Made by a program: the position numbers and the translations under genes
Notes under the pieces: model-generated
What the model saw: the letters and a program-made list of their open reading frames with translations, nothing else
Database searches by the model: none
What the model was told of the DNA's origin: nothing
NCBI GenBank assembly: GCA_036397255.1
Contig: DASWJH010000004.1
Coordinates: forward strand, 31-64,030
Origin: Nitrospiria bacterium
Lineage (GTDB): Bacteria > Nitrospirota > Nitrospiria > DASWJH01
Direction: 5' to 3'
Length of the DNA: 64,000 nt
Part shown: positions 13,784 through 23,820 of the stretch, piece after piece
Layout: each line of letters begins with the position of its first letter
How positions within the stretch are numbered: position 1 is the stretch's first letter

Positions 13784-13921
13784 ATGTCAGAGACCTACCA
13801 ACCCAGTCGAATTAAGAGAAAAAGAACCCATGGTTTTCTAAAAAGGATGAAAACCAAGGATGGGAGAAAAATTATTAACAATAGAAGAAAAAAGGGTAGG
13901 AGAAAGTTATCCGTTGAATAA
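13784..13921 (+). CDS. rpmH: 50S ribosomal protein L34
   Basis: Hand-translated 45-aa [48 protein letters not shown] with a strong RBS. It is below the ORF-track length cutoff. Confidence 0.93.
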   Translation: MSETYQPSRIKRKRTHGFLKRMKTKDGRKIINNRRKKGRRKLSVE

Positions 13922-14264
13922 CAGAACCCTTGTAAAAAAAAAGGAAAAAAGGTCTATTCATATTAAAAGAACCTTTAAAAAAGGAAGGGTTCTTGAGAAT
14001 CGATTTTTTAAGGTTTTTTTTGAAAAGGGAGAAGAAACAGAGGGTGGTTTTGCTGTGGTTGTAGGGAAAAAGTTCGGAAATGCTGTGGAAAGAAATAGGA
14101 TAAAAAGAATTTACAGAGAAATACTTAGGAAACATAAGTCTTTTTTTGAAAAGAAAAACCTCATTATCCTTCCTAGAGGTCCTTCTAAAAAGGTGTCCTT
14201 TGGTCAATTGAAAGAAAAGGTTAAAGAAAGTTTGAAAGGATTTGATCAGGGTTTTCAGTGTTAA
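13860..14264 (+). CDS. rnpA: RNase P protein component
   Basis: Basic protein with the RNR-like motif [14 protein letters not shown], located downstream of rpmH. The start is uncertain: ATG 13860 gives a 62-nt out-of-frame overlap with rpmH, while TTG 13914 is preceded by AGGAGA. Confidence 0.85.
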   Translation: MGEKLLTIEEKRVGESYPLNNRTLVKKKEKRSIHIKRTFKKGRVLENRFFKVFFEKGEETEGGFAVVVGKKFGNAVERNRIKRIYREILRKHKSFFEKKNLIILPRGPSKKVSFGQLKEKVKESLKGFDQGFQC

Positions 14265-14470
14265 AAAAGATGTTTATCCTTTTAATTAGGGGATATCAAA
14301 GGATTATTTCCCCATTACTTTTCCCCTCCTGCCGTTTTTACCCTTCTTGTTCAAATTATGCGGTTCAAGCCCTTGAGGCCCGTGGGCTTTTTAAAGGGTT
14401 TTTCCTCTTTATGGTCAGGGTACTTAAGTGTCACCCTTTCCACCCAGGCGGTTACGATCCAGTAAAATAG
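14258..14470 (+). CDS. yidD: Membrane protein insertion efficiency factor YidD
   Basis: 70 aa. Motif YQ..ISP......CRF.PSCS.Y...A. Conserved position between rnpA and yidC. Confidence 0.92.
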   Translation: MLKKMFILLIRGYQRIISPLLFPSCRFYPSCSNYAVQALEARGLFKGFFLFMVRVLKCHPFHPGGYDPVK

Positions 14471-14489
14471 GTTTTTTTAGTAAAAAAAC

Positions 14490-16097
14490 ATGGAAAAGAA
14501 CGCAATTTTATTTTTAGTTATTTCACTGGTGATTCTTCTTTCTTATCCTTTAATCATGGAAAAATGGTTTGGAATAGGGGAGAAAAAGATAGAGACCCAG
14601 GAAAAAGGAAAAAAAGAAAATGAAAAAATAGAAGAAAAAAGTGTTTTCTCGGAGGAGATCTCTCCAGTCGAAGAGAAAAAAGAGGAAAAAGAAAAGAAAA
14701 CATTTGATGCAATGGAGGTATCTGTTGAAACAGATCTTTTTAAAGCCATTCTCTCCAGCCAAGGGGGAGTGATTAAAACCTGGGAACTGAAAAAGTATAA
14801 AGAAAGCCTTAAAAAAGAAGCAAAAATTATACAATTGTTAAGTGAAGAAGGGGAAGTTTATCCCATGGATTTAAACATTGGGGGAGAAAGTTATGGAGAT
14901 AAGGTTTTTCAAATCATTGGGGAAGATATAAATCTTCAAGGGAGAAAAGAAAAAGAAAAAATTTCCTTTATATACCAAGGAGAAAATGGGAGAGAGAAAA
15001 TTAGAAAGGATTTTACTTTTCATAAGAACTCCTATCGTGTGGATGTCAGAATTACTTACACAGGATTTGAAGGAAAAGGAGTCCTTTCCCTTGGAGAGAA
15101 TTTTGGCATCACCGACTGGGAGAAGAAAAAAATGGTTGGGTTTGTGGGTCCTATTAGTTTAGTCAACGGAAAAGTTGAAAAAGATAAAGTTGAAAATAGA
15201 GGGGAAAAAGTTCAGCATTTTGGAAGCGTTCGTTGGGTAGCGCTACAAGATAAATATTTTATTTCTACTATTATCGTCCCTAAACAGGAAGTTGAAACAA
15301 GGGTATTCACTGAAAAGTTGGGGGATGACAGAGTCACCATCGGGTTGGAGCTTCCCCAAGAAGCATTGGAGTTGGCCCTATATGCGGGGCCAAAGGAGCA
15401 TGAACGACTAAAAGCACTAAATGCTCACCTTGAAGAGGCCATTGATTTTGGCTGGTTTATCTACGGTAGTTGGTCGGTGGTTCGACTGGTAGCAAAGCCT
15501 CTTTTCGCCATTCTGAATTTCTTTTACCAATTTAGTCACAATTATGGTTTCTCCATAATATTTCTAACTTGTTTGATTAAAACACTTTTTATCCCTTTAA
15601 CCCACAAAAGCTATACGTCTATGAAAGGCATGCAGGCGATACAACCCCAAATGCAAGCGCTTCAAAAAAAATATAAAAATGACCGGGAGCGCCTCAACAA
15701 AGAAATGCTTTCTCTTTATAAAAACCACAAAGTAAACCCTCTTGGGGGATGCCTTCCGGTTATACTTCAAATACCTGTTTTTATAGCACTTTTTAATATT
15801 CTCTACACCACCATCGAGCTTCGGCAAGCCCCTTTTATTTTTTGGATCACAGACCTCTCAGATAAAGACCCCTTCTATGTTCTTCCCATTATTATGGGCG
15901 CAACCATGTTTATTCAGCAAAAAATTCAACCCACGCCAATGGATCCAAGACAAGCAAAAATAATGATGTTCCTTCCCTTTGTCTTTACTATTTTGTTTCT
16001 TAATTTCTCCTCTGGGCTGGTTTTATATTGGATGACCAACAATATTTTAACCATTACCCAGCAGTATGTAACCGTTCGTTTTCTTCAAAAGAGATAA
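14490..16097 (+). CDS. yidC: Membrane protein insertase YidC (long, diderm type)
   Basis: 535 aa. N-terminal TM, a large periplasmic domain and a C-terminal 60-kDa IMP core (PLGGCLP..LQIPVF). Confidence 0.95.
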   Translation: MEKNAILFLVISLVILLSYPLIMEKWFGIGEKKIETQEKGKKENEKIEEKSVFSEEISPVEEKKEEKEKKTFDAMEVSVETDLFKAILSSQGGVIKTWELKKYKESLKKEAKIIQLLSEEGEVYPMDLNIGGESYGDKVFQIIGEDINLQGRKEKEKISFIYQGENGREKIRKDFTFHKNSYRVDVRITYTGFEGKGVLSLGENFGITDWEKKKMVGFVGPISLVNGKVEKDKVENRGEKVQHFGSVRWVALQDKYFISTIIVPKQEVETRVFTEKLGDDRVTIGLELPQEALELALYAGPKEHERLKALNAHLEEAIDFGWFIYGSWSVVRLVAKPLFAILNFFYQFSHNYGFSIIFLTCLIKTLFIPLTHKSYTSMKGMQAIQPQMQALQKKYKNDRERLNKEMLSLYKNHKVNPLGGCLPVILQIPVFIALFNILYTTIELRQAPFIFWITDLSDKDPFYVLPIIMGATMFIQQKIQPTPMDPRQAKIMMFLPFVFTILFLNFSSGLVLYWMTNNILTITQQYVTVRFLQKR

Positions 16098-16100
16098 TCC

Positions 16101-17528
16101 GTGGCTAATCAAACGAAGCCTGAAAAAAAAACGACTAAAATAGAACCGTTACGGATCATACAGGAAGAACCTATATGCGCCATTTCCACTCCTTTGGGAG
16201 AAGGAGGTATTTCTATTATTCGTTTGAGTGGCGCCGGGGTTTTTGAAAAAATTGCCAAGGTTTTTAAAGCTCATCGGGAAAAAACTCAGATTGAACGGGT
16301 ACCCTCCCATCGTATTTTGTATGGAGGCGTTTTTTCCTTTCAGGGCCGGAAAATAGACGAAGTTCTTCTCCTCATCATGAGAGCCCCACACAGCTATACA
16401 CGAGAGGATGTAATAGAAATTCATTGCCACGGGGGCATTATGGCGGGTCAAAGAATTCTTCAGCTTTTAAATTCCATTGGGATACGGCTGGCCGAGGCAG
16501 GTGAGTTCACCAAAAGAGCTTTTCTGAACGGGCGGATCGACCTTGCCCAGGCCGAAGCAGTAATGGAGCTTATTCGGTCAAAATCTGATTTGGGATATGA
16601 AGCGGTGTTGAACCAATTAGACGGTGGACTTTCCTTTCGGGTAAACCAAGTGAGAGACCTTTTAATTAATATATTAGCGAGAATTGAGGTTTCCATTGAT
16701 TTTTGTGAGGAAGATATTGATTTTATTGATATAAAAACCCTTCAGGTTGAGGTAGGAAAAGCCATTCAACAAATAAAAGGGATCATGAACGCTTCAGAGG
16801 ATGGAATTCTTCTTCGGGAAGGGCTTAAAACGGTCATTACGGGTAGGACCAATGTGGGAAAATCCAGCCTTTTCAATACCCTCCTGCGAATGGAACGGGC
16901 CATTGTAACGCCTCATCCAGGGACCACCCGGGATCTTTTGGAAGAAACTGCTATGGTGGGGGGAGTACTTCTTCGAATTATCGATACCGCGGGGTTTCGT
17001 CAGTCCTCGGATCCTGTAGAACAGGAAGGGATTACCCGAAGTGTTTCGGCAAAACAGAGTGCGGATTTAATTTTACTTGTTTTAGATGGGAGCGAACCTC
17101 TTTGCGATGTTGATTTGGAGTTAATTCAAAAGACCTCTGAAAGAAAAAGAATTATTATCATTAACAAAACAGATAAAAAAAAGGTTTGGAACCCCAAGTC
17201 GTTATGGAGCGGACCCATAATTGAAATATCAGCGACCTCTGGGGTGGGAATGGAAATGTTACATCAAGAGGTGCGGCGTGTTGTTTTTGGAGGGGTTTCC
17301 CAGAGAGATCAGTCCCCTTTGGTTACAACCCTTCGTCAGAGAGGAGCTTTTCAAAAGGCACATGATTCTTTAAATCACCTTTTACGTTCCTCCGAAAAAC
17401 AGATGTCGTGGGAGTTTTTGGCTGTAGATCTCCGTGGGGCCTTGGATGCGTTGGGTGAGGTCACCGGTGTAACTGTATCGGAAAATATTTTAGATCGGAT
17501 TTTTAAAGGTTTCTGTATTGGTAAGTGA
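16101..17528 (+). CDS. mnmE: tRNA modification GTPase MnmE
   Basis: 475 aa with a GTG start. G-domain GRTNVGKSS and DTAG, plus the C-terminal CIGK motif. Confidence 0.95.
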   Translation: MANQTKPEKKTTKIEPLRIIQEEPICAISTPLGEGGISIIRLSGAGVFEKIAKVFKAHREKTQIERVPSHRILYGGVFSFQGRKIDEVLLLIMRAPHSYTREDVIEIHCHGGIMAGQRILQLLNSIGIRLAEAGEFTKRAFLNGRIDLAQAEAVMELIRSKSDLGYEAVLNQLDGGLSFRVNQVRDLLINILARIEVSIDFCEEDIDFIDIKTLQVEVGKAIQQIKGIMNASEDGILLREGLKTVITGRTNVGKSSLFNTLLRMERAIVTPHPGTTRDLLEETAMVGGVLLRIIDTAGFRQSSDPVEQEGITRSVSAKQSADLILLVLDGSEPLCDVDLELIQKTSERKRIIIINKTDKKKVWNPKSLWSGPIIEISATSGVGMEMLHQEVRRVVFGGVSQRDQSPLVTTLRQRGAFQKAHDSLNHLLRSSEKQMSWEFLAVDLRGALDALGEVTGVTVSENILDRIFKGFCIGK

Positions 17529-17540
17529 CTATATTGGGTA

Positions 17541-17556
17541 TGTTCCACGTGGAACA
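17541..17556. promoter_or_regulatory. parS centromere site
   Basis: TGTTCCACGTGGAACA is a perfect palindrome matching the ParB-binding parS consensus (tGTTNCACGTGAAACa). It is embedded in a 26-bp palindrome at 17536..17561. Confidence 0.85.
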
Positions 17557-17636
17557 TACCCGTTTTAAAAAAAAGAATGTGGGTTTTTAGGACCAAAATT
17601 TAGCAATTTTTTAGTTATTTGTGGGATTTCAGGTTT

Positions 17637-19541
17637 ATGTTAGTGGAAAAAACAAGGTTTGATGTTGTAGTGGTGGGAGGGGGCCATGCAGGGTGTGAAG
17701 CTTCTTTAGCTGCAGCCAGGATGGGTTGCAGGACGCTTTTGGTTACCGTAAGTTTAGATCATATCGCCCAGATGTCTTGTAATCCTGCTATTGGAGGAAT
17801 AGCGAAAGGACATTTGGTAAGGGAAATTGATGCCCTTGGAGGAGAGATGGGCAGGGTGATTGATCGGACAGGGCTTCAGTTCCGAATGCTAAATACAAGA
17901 AAAGGTCCCGCGGTGCAAGCGCTTCGAGCCCAGGCAGATAAAATAGAGTATAAGTTGGAAATGAGGCGGGTTTTAGAGAATGAACCTAGACTTGATCTTT
18001 ACCCGGGGATGGTGAAAAAAATTTTAGTAGAAGGGGAAAAGGTTGTTGGAATTGAAATGGAAAAGGGTTCCCGATTTTTCACCCGGGCGTTAATCATTAC
18101 TACGGGGACCTTTTTGAAGGGTTTGATCCATGTTGGAATGAAACAAACTCCTGGAGGCCGGGTTGGAGAAGCTCCCTCACATTCCCTCTCCGATAGCCTT
18201 GATGATTTAGGTTTTCAAATGTCCAGATTAAAAACAGGCACACCCCCAAGGCTAGACGGAAGAACCATTAACCATTCCGTCATGTGTCCCCAATATGGAG
18301 ATAATCCTCCTGTTCCATTTTCTCACTTTACGGATAGGATTGAACGGGAGCAGGTCCCTTGTTTTTTAACCTACACCAACGGGGAGACCCATCAAATCAT
18401 CCGTGATAATTTAGACCGTTCTCCCCTGTACAGTGGGATTATAGAAGGAGTTGGCCCTCGTTATTGCCCCTCCATTGAGGACAAGGTGGTCCGTTTTTCA
18501 GAAAAAGAAAGGCATCAGGTGTTTTTGGAACCGGAAAGTCGATCCACTATTGAATGGTATCCCAATGGAATTTCCACAAGCCTCCCTGCGGAAATTCAAC
18601 TCAGAATGGTTCAAAGTATTAAAGGTCTTGAAAATGCGGAGATGATCCGTCCGGGATATGCCATAGAATATGATTTTGTTCATCCAACCCAACTCAAGCC
18701 CACACTAGAAACAAAATCGGTTTTTGGCCTTTTTCTTGCGGGGCAGATTAACGGTACTTCCGGATATGAAGAAGCCGCGGCCCAAGGGCTGATGGCAGGA
18801 ATCAATGCGGGACTTTCCATTAAAGGAGAGGACCCTTTTATTCTGGGTCGGGCAGATGCTTATATTGGTGTTTTAATTGATGATTTAGTTACCCTGGGAA
18901 CGGAAGAGCCCTATCGCATGTTTACTTCTAGAGCCGAGTACCGGCTGCTTCTTCGACATGATAATGCAGATCTGCGTTTGATGAAAAAAGGGTATAAATT
19001 AGGTTTAATTTCCTCTGTTGCATTTCAACGCTTGGTTAAAAAAGAAGAGGCGGTTCTGAACGAAATCACTCGATTGAAATATACAAAAATTCGGGATAAA
19101 AAAACACCAAACCTTCTTGAACCACCTGTGTTTGTTGATATTCCGGGAGAAACCTCTTTGTTTCAACTGCTCAAAAGGCCAGAAATGGACTTTAAAAAAG
19201 TGTCTACCTTTTATGAGAAAATCTCATCGATCGACACGGATGTTTCTGTTCAGGTCGAGGTTCAAGTGAAATATGAGGGGTATATCCAAAGGCAGCTGGT
19301 ACAGGTGGAGCGTTTTCAGAAAATGGAGGAGAAGAGGGTTCCAGAAGGATTTGATTACGACCGCTTGTCCAGCCTTTCCCGTGAAGTAAAAGAGAAACTT
19401 AAAAAAGTAAGACCCCTATCCCTTGGCCAAGCTTCTCGAATTTCAGGGGTGACCCCAGCCGCCATTTCCGTCCTCGTTGTTGCATTGGAAGCCCAAAGAA
19501 GGCGAGAAGAGGGATGCGACAGGATTTCCCACGCCAACTGA
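17637..19541 (+). CDS. mnmG: tRNA uridine 5-carboxymethylaminomethyl modification enzyme MnmG (GidA)
   Basis: FAD motif [14 protein letters not shown]. The ATG at 17637 is preferred over the TTG at 17619. Confidence 0.96.
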   Translation: MLVEKTRFDVVVVGGGHAGCEASLAAARMGCRTLLVTVSLDHIAQMSCNPAIGGIAKGHLVREIDALGGEMGRVIDRTGLQFRMLNTRKGPAVQALRAQADKIEYKLEMRRVLENEPRLDLYPGMVKKILVEGEKVVGIEMEKGSRFFTRALIITTGTFLKGLIHVGMKQTPGGRVGEAPSHSLSDSLDDLGFQMSRLKTGTPPRLDGRTINHSVMCPQYGDNPPVPFSHFTDRIEREQVPCFLTYTNGETHQIIRDNLDRSPLYSGIIEGVGPRYCPSIEDKVVRFSEKERHQVFLEPESRSTIEWYPNGISTSLPAEIQLRMVQSIKGLENAEMIRPGYAIEYDFVHPTQLKPTLETKSVFGLFLAGQINGTSGYEEAAAQGLMAGINAGLSIKGEDPFILGRADAYIGVLIDDLVTLGTEEPYRMFTSRAEYRLLLRHDNADLRLMKKGYKLGLISSVAFQRLVKKEEAVLNEITRLKYTKIRDKKTPNLLEPPVFVDIPGETSLFQLLKRPEMDFKKVSTFYEKISSIDTDVSVQVEVQVKYEGYIQRQLVQVERFQKMEEKRVPEGFDYDRLSSLSREVKEKLKKVRPLSLGQASRISGVTPAAISVLVVALEAQRRREEGCDRISHAN

Positions 19542-20191
19542 CCGAAAAAGAAATTCAAGACCTTGAATTTCTCCTTGTCAAAGGAGCAAAGGGTCTTGGG
19601 CTTGATCTTACCAAAACCCAACAGAAGCAGTTCCTAACCTATTTAAATGACCTGAAGCGGTGGAATCAAGTCCACCGTCTAACCGCCATTACAGAGGATC
19701 AGGATATTATTATTAAGCATTTCCTGGATTCACTTTCCCTTGTTTTGATTTTTCCGGTTTGGAATCAACTGGCTGTTTTGGATGTTGGGAGTGGTGCAGG
19801 GTTACCTGGAATTCCGCTGAAAATAGTTTTCCCACACCTATCCCTTTTTCTTCTTGAGGGCTCGGAAAAGAAGTCTTCCTTTCTCCATCATATTGTGGGG
19901 CTCCTTGGATTGGAGAAAGTTGAAATAATAAATAAAAGATTTGAGGCGATTCTTTCCGATAAGGCGTATAGGGGTTTTTTCGATCGAATTGTTTCCCGGG
20001 GGGTTGGAAAGGGATCCCAATTGGTTAATAAAGCGGAGAATTTGCTAAAAAAGGGAGGAGCGGTTATTCTTTATGGTGGGGAGGGGACTGGTACCAAAAA
20101 AGATAAGGAAATAGGAATTAGGAAAGAGTTGGTTCTCATTCCTTGTTCTTCTCAACAAAGAACCTTCTGGATTATTTCTCCCCCCAATTGA
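19514..20191 (+). CDS. rsmG: 16S rRNA (guanine527-N7)-methyltransferase RsmG (GidB)
   Basis: 225 aa with SAM motif [16 protein letters not shown]. Conserved position after mnmG. Confidence 0.92.
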   Translation: MRQDFPRQLTEKEIQDLEFLLVKGAKGLGLDLTKTQQKQFLTYLNDLKRWNQVHRLTAITEDQDIIIKHFLDSLSLVLIFPVWNQLAVLDVGSGAGLPGIPLKIVFPHLSLFLLEGSEKKSSFLHHIVGLLGLEKVEIINKRFEAILSDKAYRGFFDRIVSRGVGKGSQLVNKAENLLKKGGAVILYGGEGTGTKKDKEIGIRKELVLIPCSSQQRTFWIISPPN

Positions 20192-20197
20192 CCTCAA

Positions 20198-20213
20198 TGT
20201 TCCACGTGGAACA
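20198..20213. promoter_or_regulatory. parS centromere site
   Basis: A second exact copy of TGTTCCACGTGGAACA, located between rsmG and parA. Confidence 0.85.
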
Positions 20214-20224
20214 TTAGATTTTAC

Positions 20225-20253
20225 TTTTCAAGCATTCAGTAGTGTGTTATGAT
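20225..20253 (+). promoter_or_regulatory. Candidate parAB promoter with an extended -10
   Basis: TTTTCA (20225..20230), a 17-nt spacer, then TATGAT (20248..20253) preceded by TGT. Confidence 0.4.
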
Positions 20254-20279
20254 CCGGTCCGTTTGTGAGGGGGGGGTCT

Positions 20280-21056
20280 ATGGGGCGGGTAATTGCTATT
20301 TCAAATCAAAAAGGTGGGGTAGGAAAAACAACAACCGCAATTAACTTAGCCGCTTCATTAGCCATTGCGAATCGAAATATTCTGCTTGTGGATATTGACC
20401 CTCAAGGGAATGCAACCAGCGGGTTGGGAATCAATCGGGAGGGCCTAAAGGAAGGGGTTTATGAGGTGCTTTTAAACGGTTTCCCTCTTCCACAAATATT
20501 ACAACACACTGAAATTTCAAGTCTTTTAGTCGCTCCCGCAACAATCAATTTAGTCGGGGCTGAAATTGAATTGGTTGATTTTCCCCAGCGGGAGGGCGCA
20601 CTGAAGCAGGCCTTGGAAGATTTTAAAGAAGGCTATGATTTTATAATAATTGATTGTCCCCCATCGCTCAGTCTTTTGACATTAAACGCCTTAACTGCAG
20701 CTGATTCAGTGATTGTCCCTGTTCAGTGTGAGTATTATGCAATGGAGGGGCTGGGGCAGCTTTTAAAAACTATTAAATTGATTCAGCAATCCTTTAATCC
20801 GGACCTGAAGGTGGAAGGGATATTGCTCACTATGTTTGATGGGCGGACCAGCCTGAGTCATCAAGTCCTCCAGGAAGTCCGAGGCAACGTTCACCAAAGG
20901 GTTTTTGAAACTATTATTCCTAGAAATGTGACTTTAGCGGAGGCGCCCAGCCATGGCAGGCCCGTGCTCTTATATGATATCGGTTCAAGAGGGGCCCAAA
21001 TTTATCTGGAATTAGCAAAGGAGCTAGTCAGTTATGCAAAGGAAACCGTTGGGTAA
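20280..21056 (+). CDS. parA: Chromosome partitioning ATPase ParA/Soj
   Basis: Deviant Walker A NQKGGVGKTTT. The ATG at 20280 follows the G8 Shine-Dalgarno-like run; the ORF track starts at GTG 20265. Confidence 0.95.
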   Translation: MGRVIAISNQKGGVGKTTTAINLAASLAIANRNILLVDIDPQGNATSGLGINREGLKEGVYEVLLNGFPLPQILQHTEISSLLVAPATINLVGAEIELVDFPQREGALKQALEDFKEGYDFIIIDCPPSLSLLTLNALTAADSVIVPVQCEYYAMEGLGQLLKTIKLIQQSFNPDLKVEGILLTMFDGRTSLSHQVLQEVRGNVHQRVFETIIPRNVTLAEAPSHGRPVLLYDIGSRGAQIYLELAKELVSYAKETVG

Positions 21057-21891
21057 AGGAATTGGAGCTCTTTTTTCAGAGCCTCGAGAACGGGAGTCGG
21101 GTCAGGGAAGTGGTTCAGAAGGGACAGTTCAAGTTTCCGTTAATCGAATTCATCCAAACCCTTACCAACCCAGAAAAGCTTTTGATGAAAAGGATCTTTC
21201 AGAGTTAACCGACTCAGTCAAAGAAAAAGGTGTGATTCAGCCCCTTTTGGTTCGAAAAGAGGGGGAGCATTTTGAATTAATTGCGGGAGAGAGAAGGTGG
21301 AGAGCAGCCAAGTTGGCAGGCCTTGAGTTTGTACCCGTCATGGTGCGGGAGGCTTCCGGGACTGAACTTTTAGAGTTGGCCCTTGTAGAAAATATTCAAC
21401 GACGGGATCTCAATCCCATTGAGGCTGCAAAGGCTTTTCGGCAATTGGTTGAGGAATTCGGTTTAACCCAAGAGGAGATTGCCAGGCGTGTGGGGAAAGA
21501 TCGTTCCACCATTACCAATACATTGCGCCTTCTTACCCTCCCTGTAACCGTTCAGGCAGAAATGGTTTCTGGCCGGTTATCCTACGGTCATGCAAAAGTT
21601 CTTCTCTCCATGAAGATTCCCAGTTTAATTGAGCGCACCGTTCACCAAATTATCCAAAACGGTCTTTCCGTTCGGGAGACCGAGGAATTATTAAAAGCGA
21701 ATCAGAAGAAGAGTTCGGGGGGGGTAATCCATAACAAAGCCCCGGAGGTAATGGAGCTTGAAGAAAAATTGATCCGTCACCTTGGAACAAAGGTGAAGGT
21801 AAAAGGGAAGCAGGATCGGGGACGGATTATTCTTGAGTACTATTCCGCAGATGACCTTGACCGTTTGATTGAAACACTGTTAGGAAAATAA
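21034..21891 (+). CDS. parB: Chromosome partitioning protein ParB/Spo0J
   Basis: 285 aa. ParB box GERRWRAA and HTH region. Overlaps the parA end. Confidence 0.95.
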   Translation: MQRKPLGKGIGALFSEPRERESGQGSGSEGTVQVSVNRIHPNPYQPRKAFDEKDLSELTDSVKEKGVIQPLLVRKEGEHFELIAGERRWRAAKLAGLEFVPVMVREASGTELLELALVENIQRRDLNPIEAAKAFRQLVEEFGLTQEEIARRVGKDRSTITNTLRLLTLPVTVQAEMVSGRLSYGHAKVLLSMKIPSLIERTVHQIIQNGLSVRETEELLKANQKKSSGGVIHNKAPEVMELEEKLIRHLGTKVKVKGKQDRGRIILEYYSADDLDRLIETLLGK

Positions 21892-22010
21892 AAAAAAGGA
21901 TTCAACGGGGTTTGCCTAAGACGACCGTGCTGTCTGGGGGCACCCACTTGTCCTATGGGAAAGTCGGGGTTTTATTTTTCCGAAAGACCCACTTAAAAAA
22001 GGGAGGGATT

Positions 22011-22433
22011 ATGTTAAAAAGGGATGATAAAGATTTTCGGAACGATGATATTATTGCCTTTCTCGGAAAAGGAACTGAATTTAAGGGCGTGATGACCTAC
22101 GAGGGAACCGTTCGTGTGGACGGGAAGATAGAAGGGGAAATCCTTACCAAAGGAACCTTGGTGGTGGGGGATACAGCCGTCCTTAACGCTGAAATTAATG
22201 CGGGAACCATCATCTGCAGCGGAAAGATTAATGGAAACCTCGTGGCCAAGGAGAAGGTTCAGTTATTAAGTCCCGCGGTTTTAACCGGGTCCATCAAATC
22301 CCCAATTCTTTTGATTGAGGAAGGGGTGCGGTTTAATGGCACCTGCGATATGGGAAAAGAAAAGGAAGAGATTCCTTCCTTTGGCAGTCCGTCAAACAAT
22401 TCCAAAGTGAAAGAAGAAGTGAAAGTCGGATAA
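22011..22433 (+). CDS. Bactofilin (polymer-forming cytoskeletal protein)
   Basis: Start at MLKRDD with the GGGAGGG RBS. Repetitive beta-helix pattern (G.V.V.G...G.I......V..). Flanked by short low-complexity termini. Confidence 0.85.
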   Translation: MLKRDDKDFRNDDIIAFLGKGTEFKGVMTYEGTVRVDGKIEGEILTKGTLVVGDTAVLNAEINAGTIICSGKINGNLVAKEKVQLLSPAVLTGSIKSPILLIEEGVRFNGTCDMGKEKEEIPSFGSPSNNSKVKEEVKVG

Positions 22434-22434
22434 A

Positions 22435-23547
22435 ATGGGGAATATACCGCAGCGGTATAAGGTGATTCTGGGAATGAGTGGCGGGGTCGACAGTTCCGTG
22501 GCGGCCGCCCGGCTCCAAGCCCAAGGCCATGAAGTCATCGGGGTGACCCTCAAACTTTGGGAGGGAGAGGAAGGCCCCGAAGGACGATGGCAGGACCGTT
22601 CTTGTTGCAAGGTCGGAATCGCGCGCTATGTGTGCGAGCGCTTGGGAATCCCGCACCATCTGTTTAATGCGGAGGAAGCTTTTGAACGGGACGTCATCCA
22701 GGATTTCGGCGCCGAATATCTTTCGGGGCGAACGCCTAACCCGTGTGTCCGGTGCAATGAGCGGGTAAAGTTTGGCCACCTCATTAAGGTTGCCGAAAAA
22801 TTTGGGGCGGACTATTTGGCCACGGGGCATTACGCACGGGTTGAGTATGATTCAAATTCAAACCGCTATCAGTTGTTGAAGGGGGTGGATGAGACGAAAG
22901 ATCAGAGCTATTTTCTCTATCGCCTTTCACAGAGACAGCTTTCCCGGGTTTGGTTTCCCTTGGGAGATTTAAAAAAGGAAGCGGTTTGGAAAGAAGCGGA
23001 AAACTTAGGGTTGCCTGCCGATGAAATCCGGGAGAGTCAGGAGATCTGCTTTGTCACCCAGAAAGGCTACAGGGGGTTTATCGAAGAGCGTTATCCGGAG
23101 GCCTTGAAGACCGGTGAAATGGTGACTGCGGATGGAAAAGTTTTAAGTCACCATCGGGGACTCTCCATGTACACCGTGGGCCAGCGAAGAGGATTAGGAA
23201 TTCCAGCAGGACAGCGTTTATACGTGACTCATTTGGACCCGGTCAAGAACCAGGTATTGGTGGGGCCGGAAGAGGCGCTCTTTCAGCAAGAGCTGTTTGC
23301 CCAGGATTTAAATTATGTCGGCATATCCACGTTTGATTCGGATGTTTGGGTCAAAGCAAAAATCCGGTATCGAACACCGGAGCAATCCGCTCGGGTGCAG
23401 TCCATATCGGAGAACTCTTTTCGCCTCACTTTTAAATCTCCTCAAAAAGCCATAACCCCGGGCCAGTCTGTGGTCCTTTATGATGGCGACCGCGTCCTTG
23501 CCGGCGGTATCATTGAGCGCGGGAAAGGATTAAGATTGACTGGATGA
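22435..23547 (+). CDS. mnmA: tRNA 2-thiouridine(34) synthase MnmA
   Basis: 370 aa. PP-loop GMSGGVDSSV and conserved Cys residues. Confidence 0.95.
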   Translation: MGNIPQRYKVILGMSGGVDSSVAAARLQAQGHEVIGVTLKLWEGEEGPEGRWQDRSCCKVGIARYVCERLGIPHHLFNAEEAFERDVIQDFGAEYLSGRTPNPCVRCNERVKFGHLIKVAEKFGADYLATGHYARVEYDSNSNRYQLLKGVDETKDQSYFLYRLSQRQLSRVWFPLGDLKKEAVWKEAENLGLPADEIRESQEICFVTQKGYRGFIEERYPEALKTGEMVTADGKVLSHHRGLSMYTVGQRRGLGIPAGQRLYVTHLDPVKNQVLVGPEEALFQQELFAQDLNYVGISTFDSDVWVKAKIRYRTPEQSARVQSISENSFRLTFKSPQKAITPGQSVVLYDGDRVLAGGIIERGKGLRLTG

Positions 23548-23820
23548 AAGGTGGCAGAATGGTAAAAATCGCTTAAACAAAAGTTTACCTCAAAACCGCT
23601 TTAACGGTTTAAACCCTTCTGGTTTTTATTTTCTCCCTTCCTAAAATATTTGTCTTCCCTGTCATAGGTTGTTCAAAAATGGCCTATCCCACTGATTTTT
23701 ATTGGAAATTTATTTGACAGAAAAAAAAACCTCGGTTAAGTTCAGTTAAATGCCCTTCATGGAGCGGAACATCGAAAAAAAAGCAAATTTCGTTTTTCCA
23801 ATAAATGAGGAGGTGTTCCC

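Noticed and set aside
22333-22830. 165-aa minus-strand ORF
   Set aside because: It is antisense to the bactofilin/mnmA junction, while mnmA is unambiguous.
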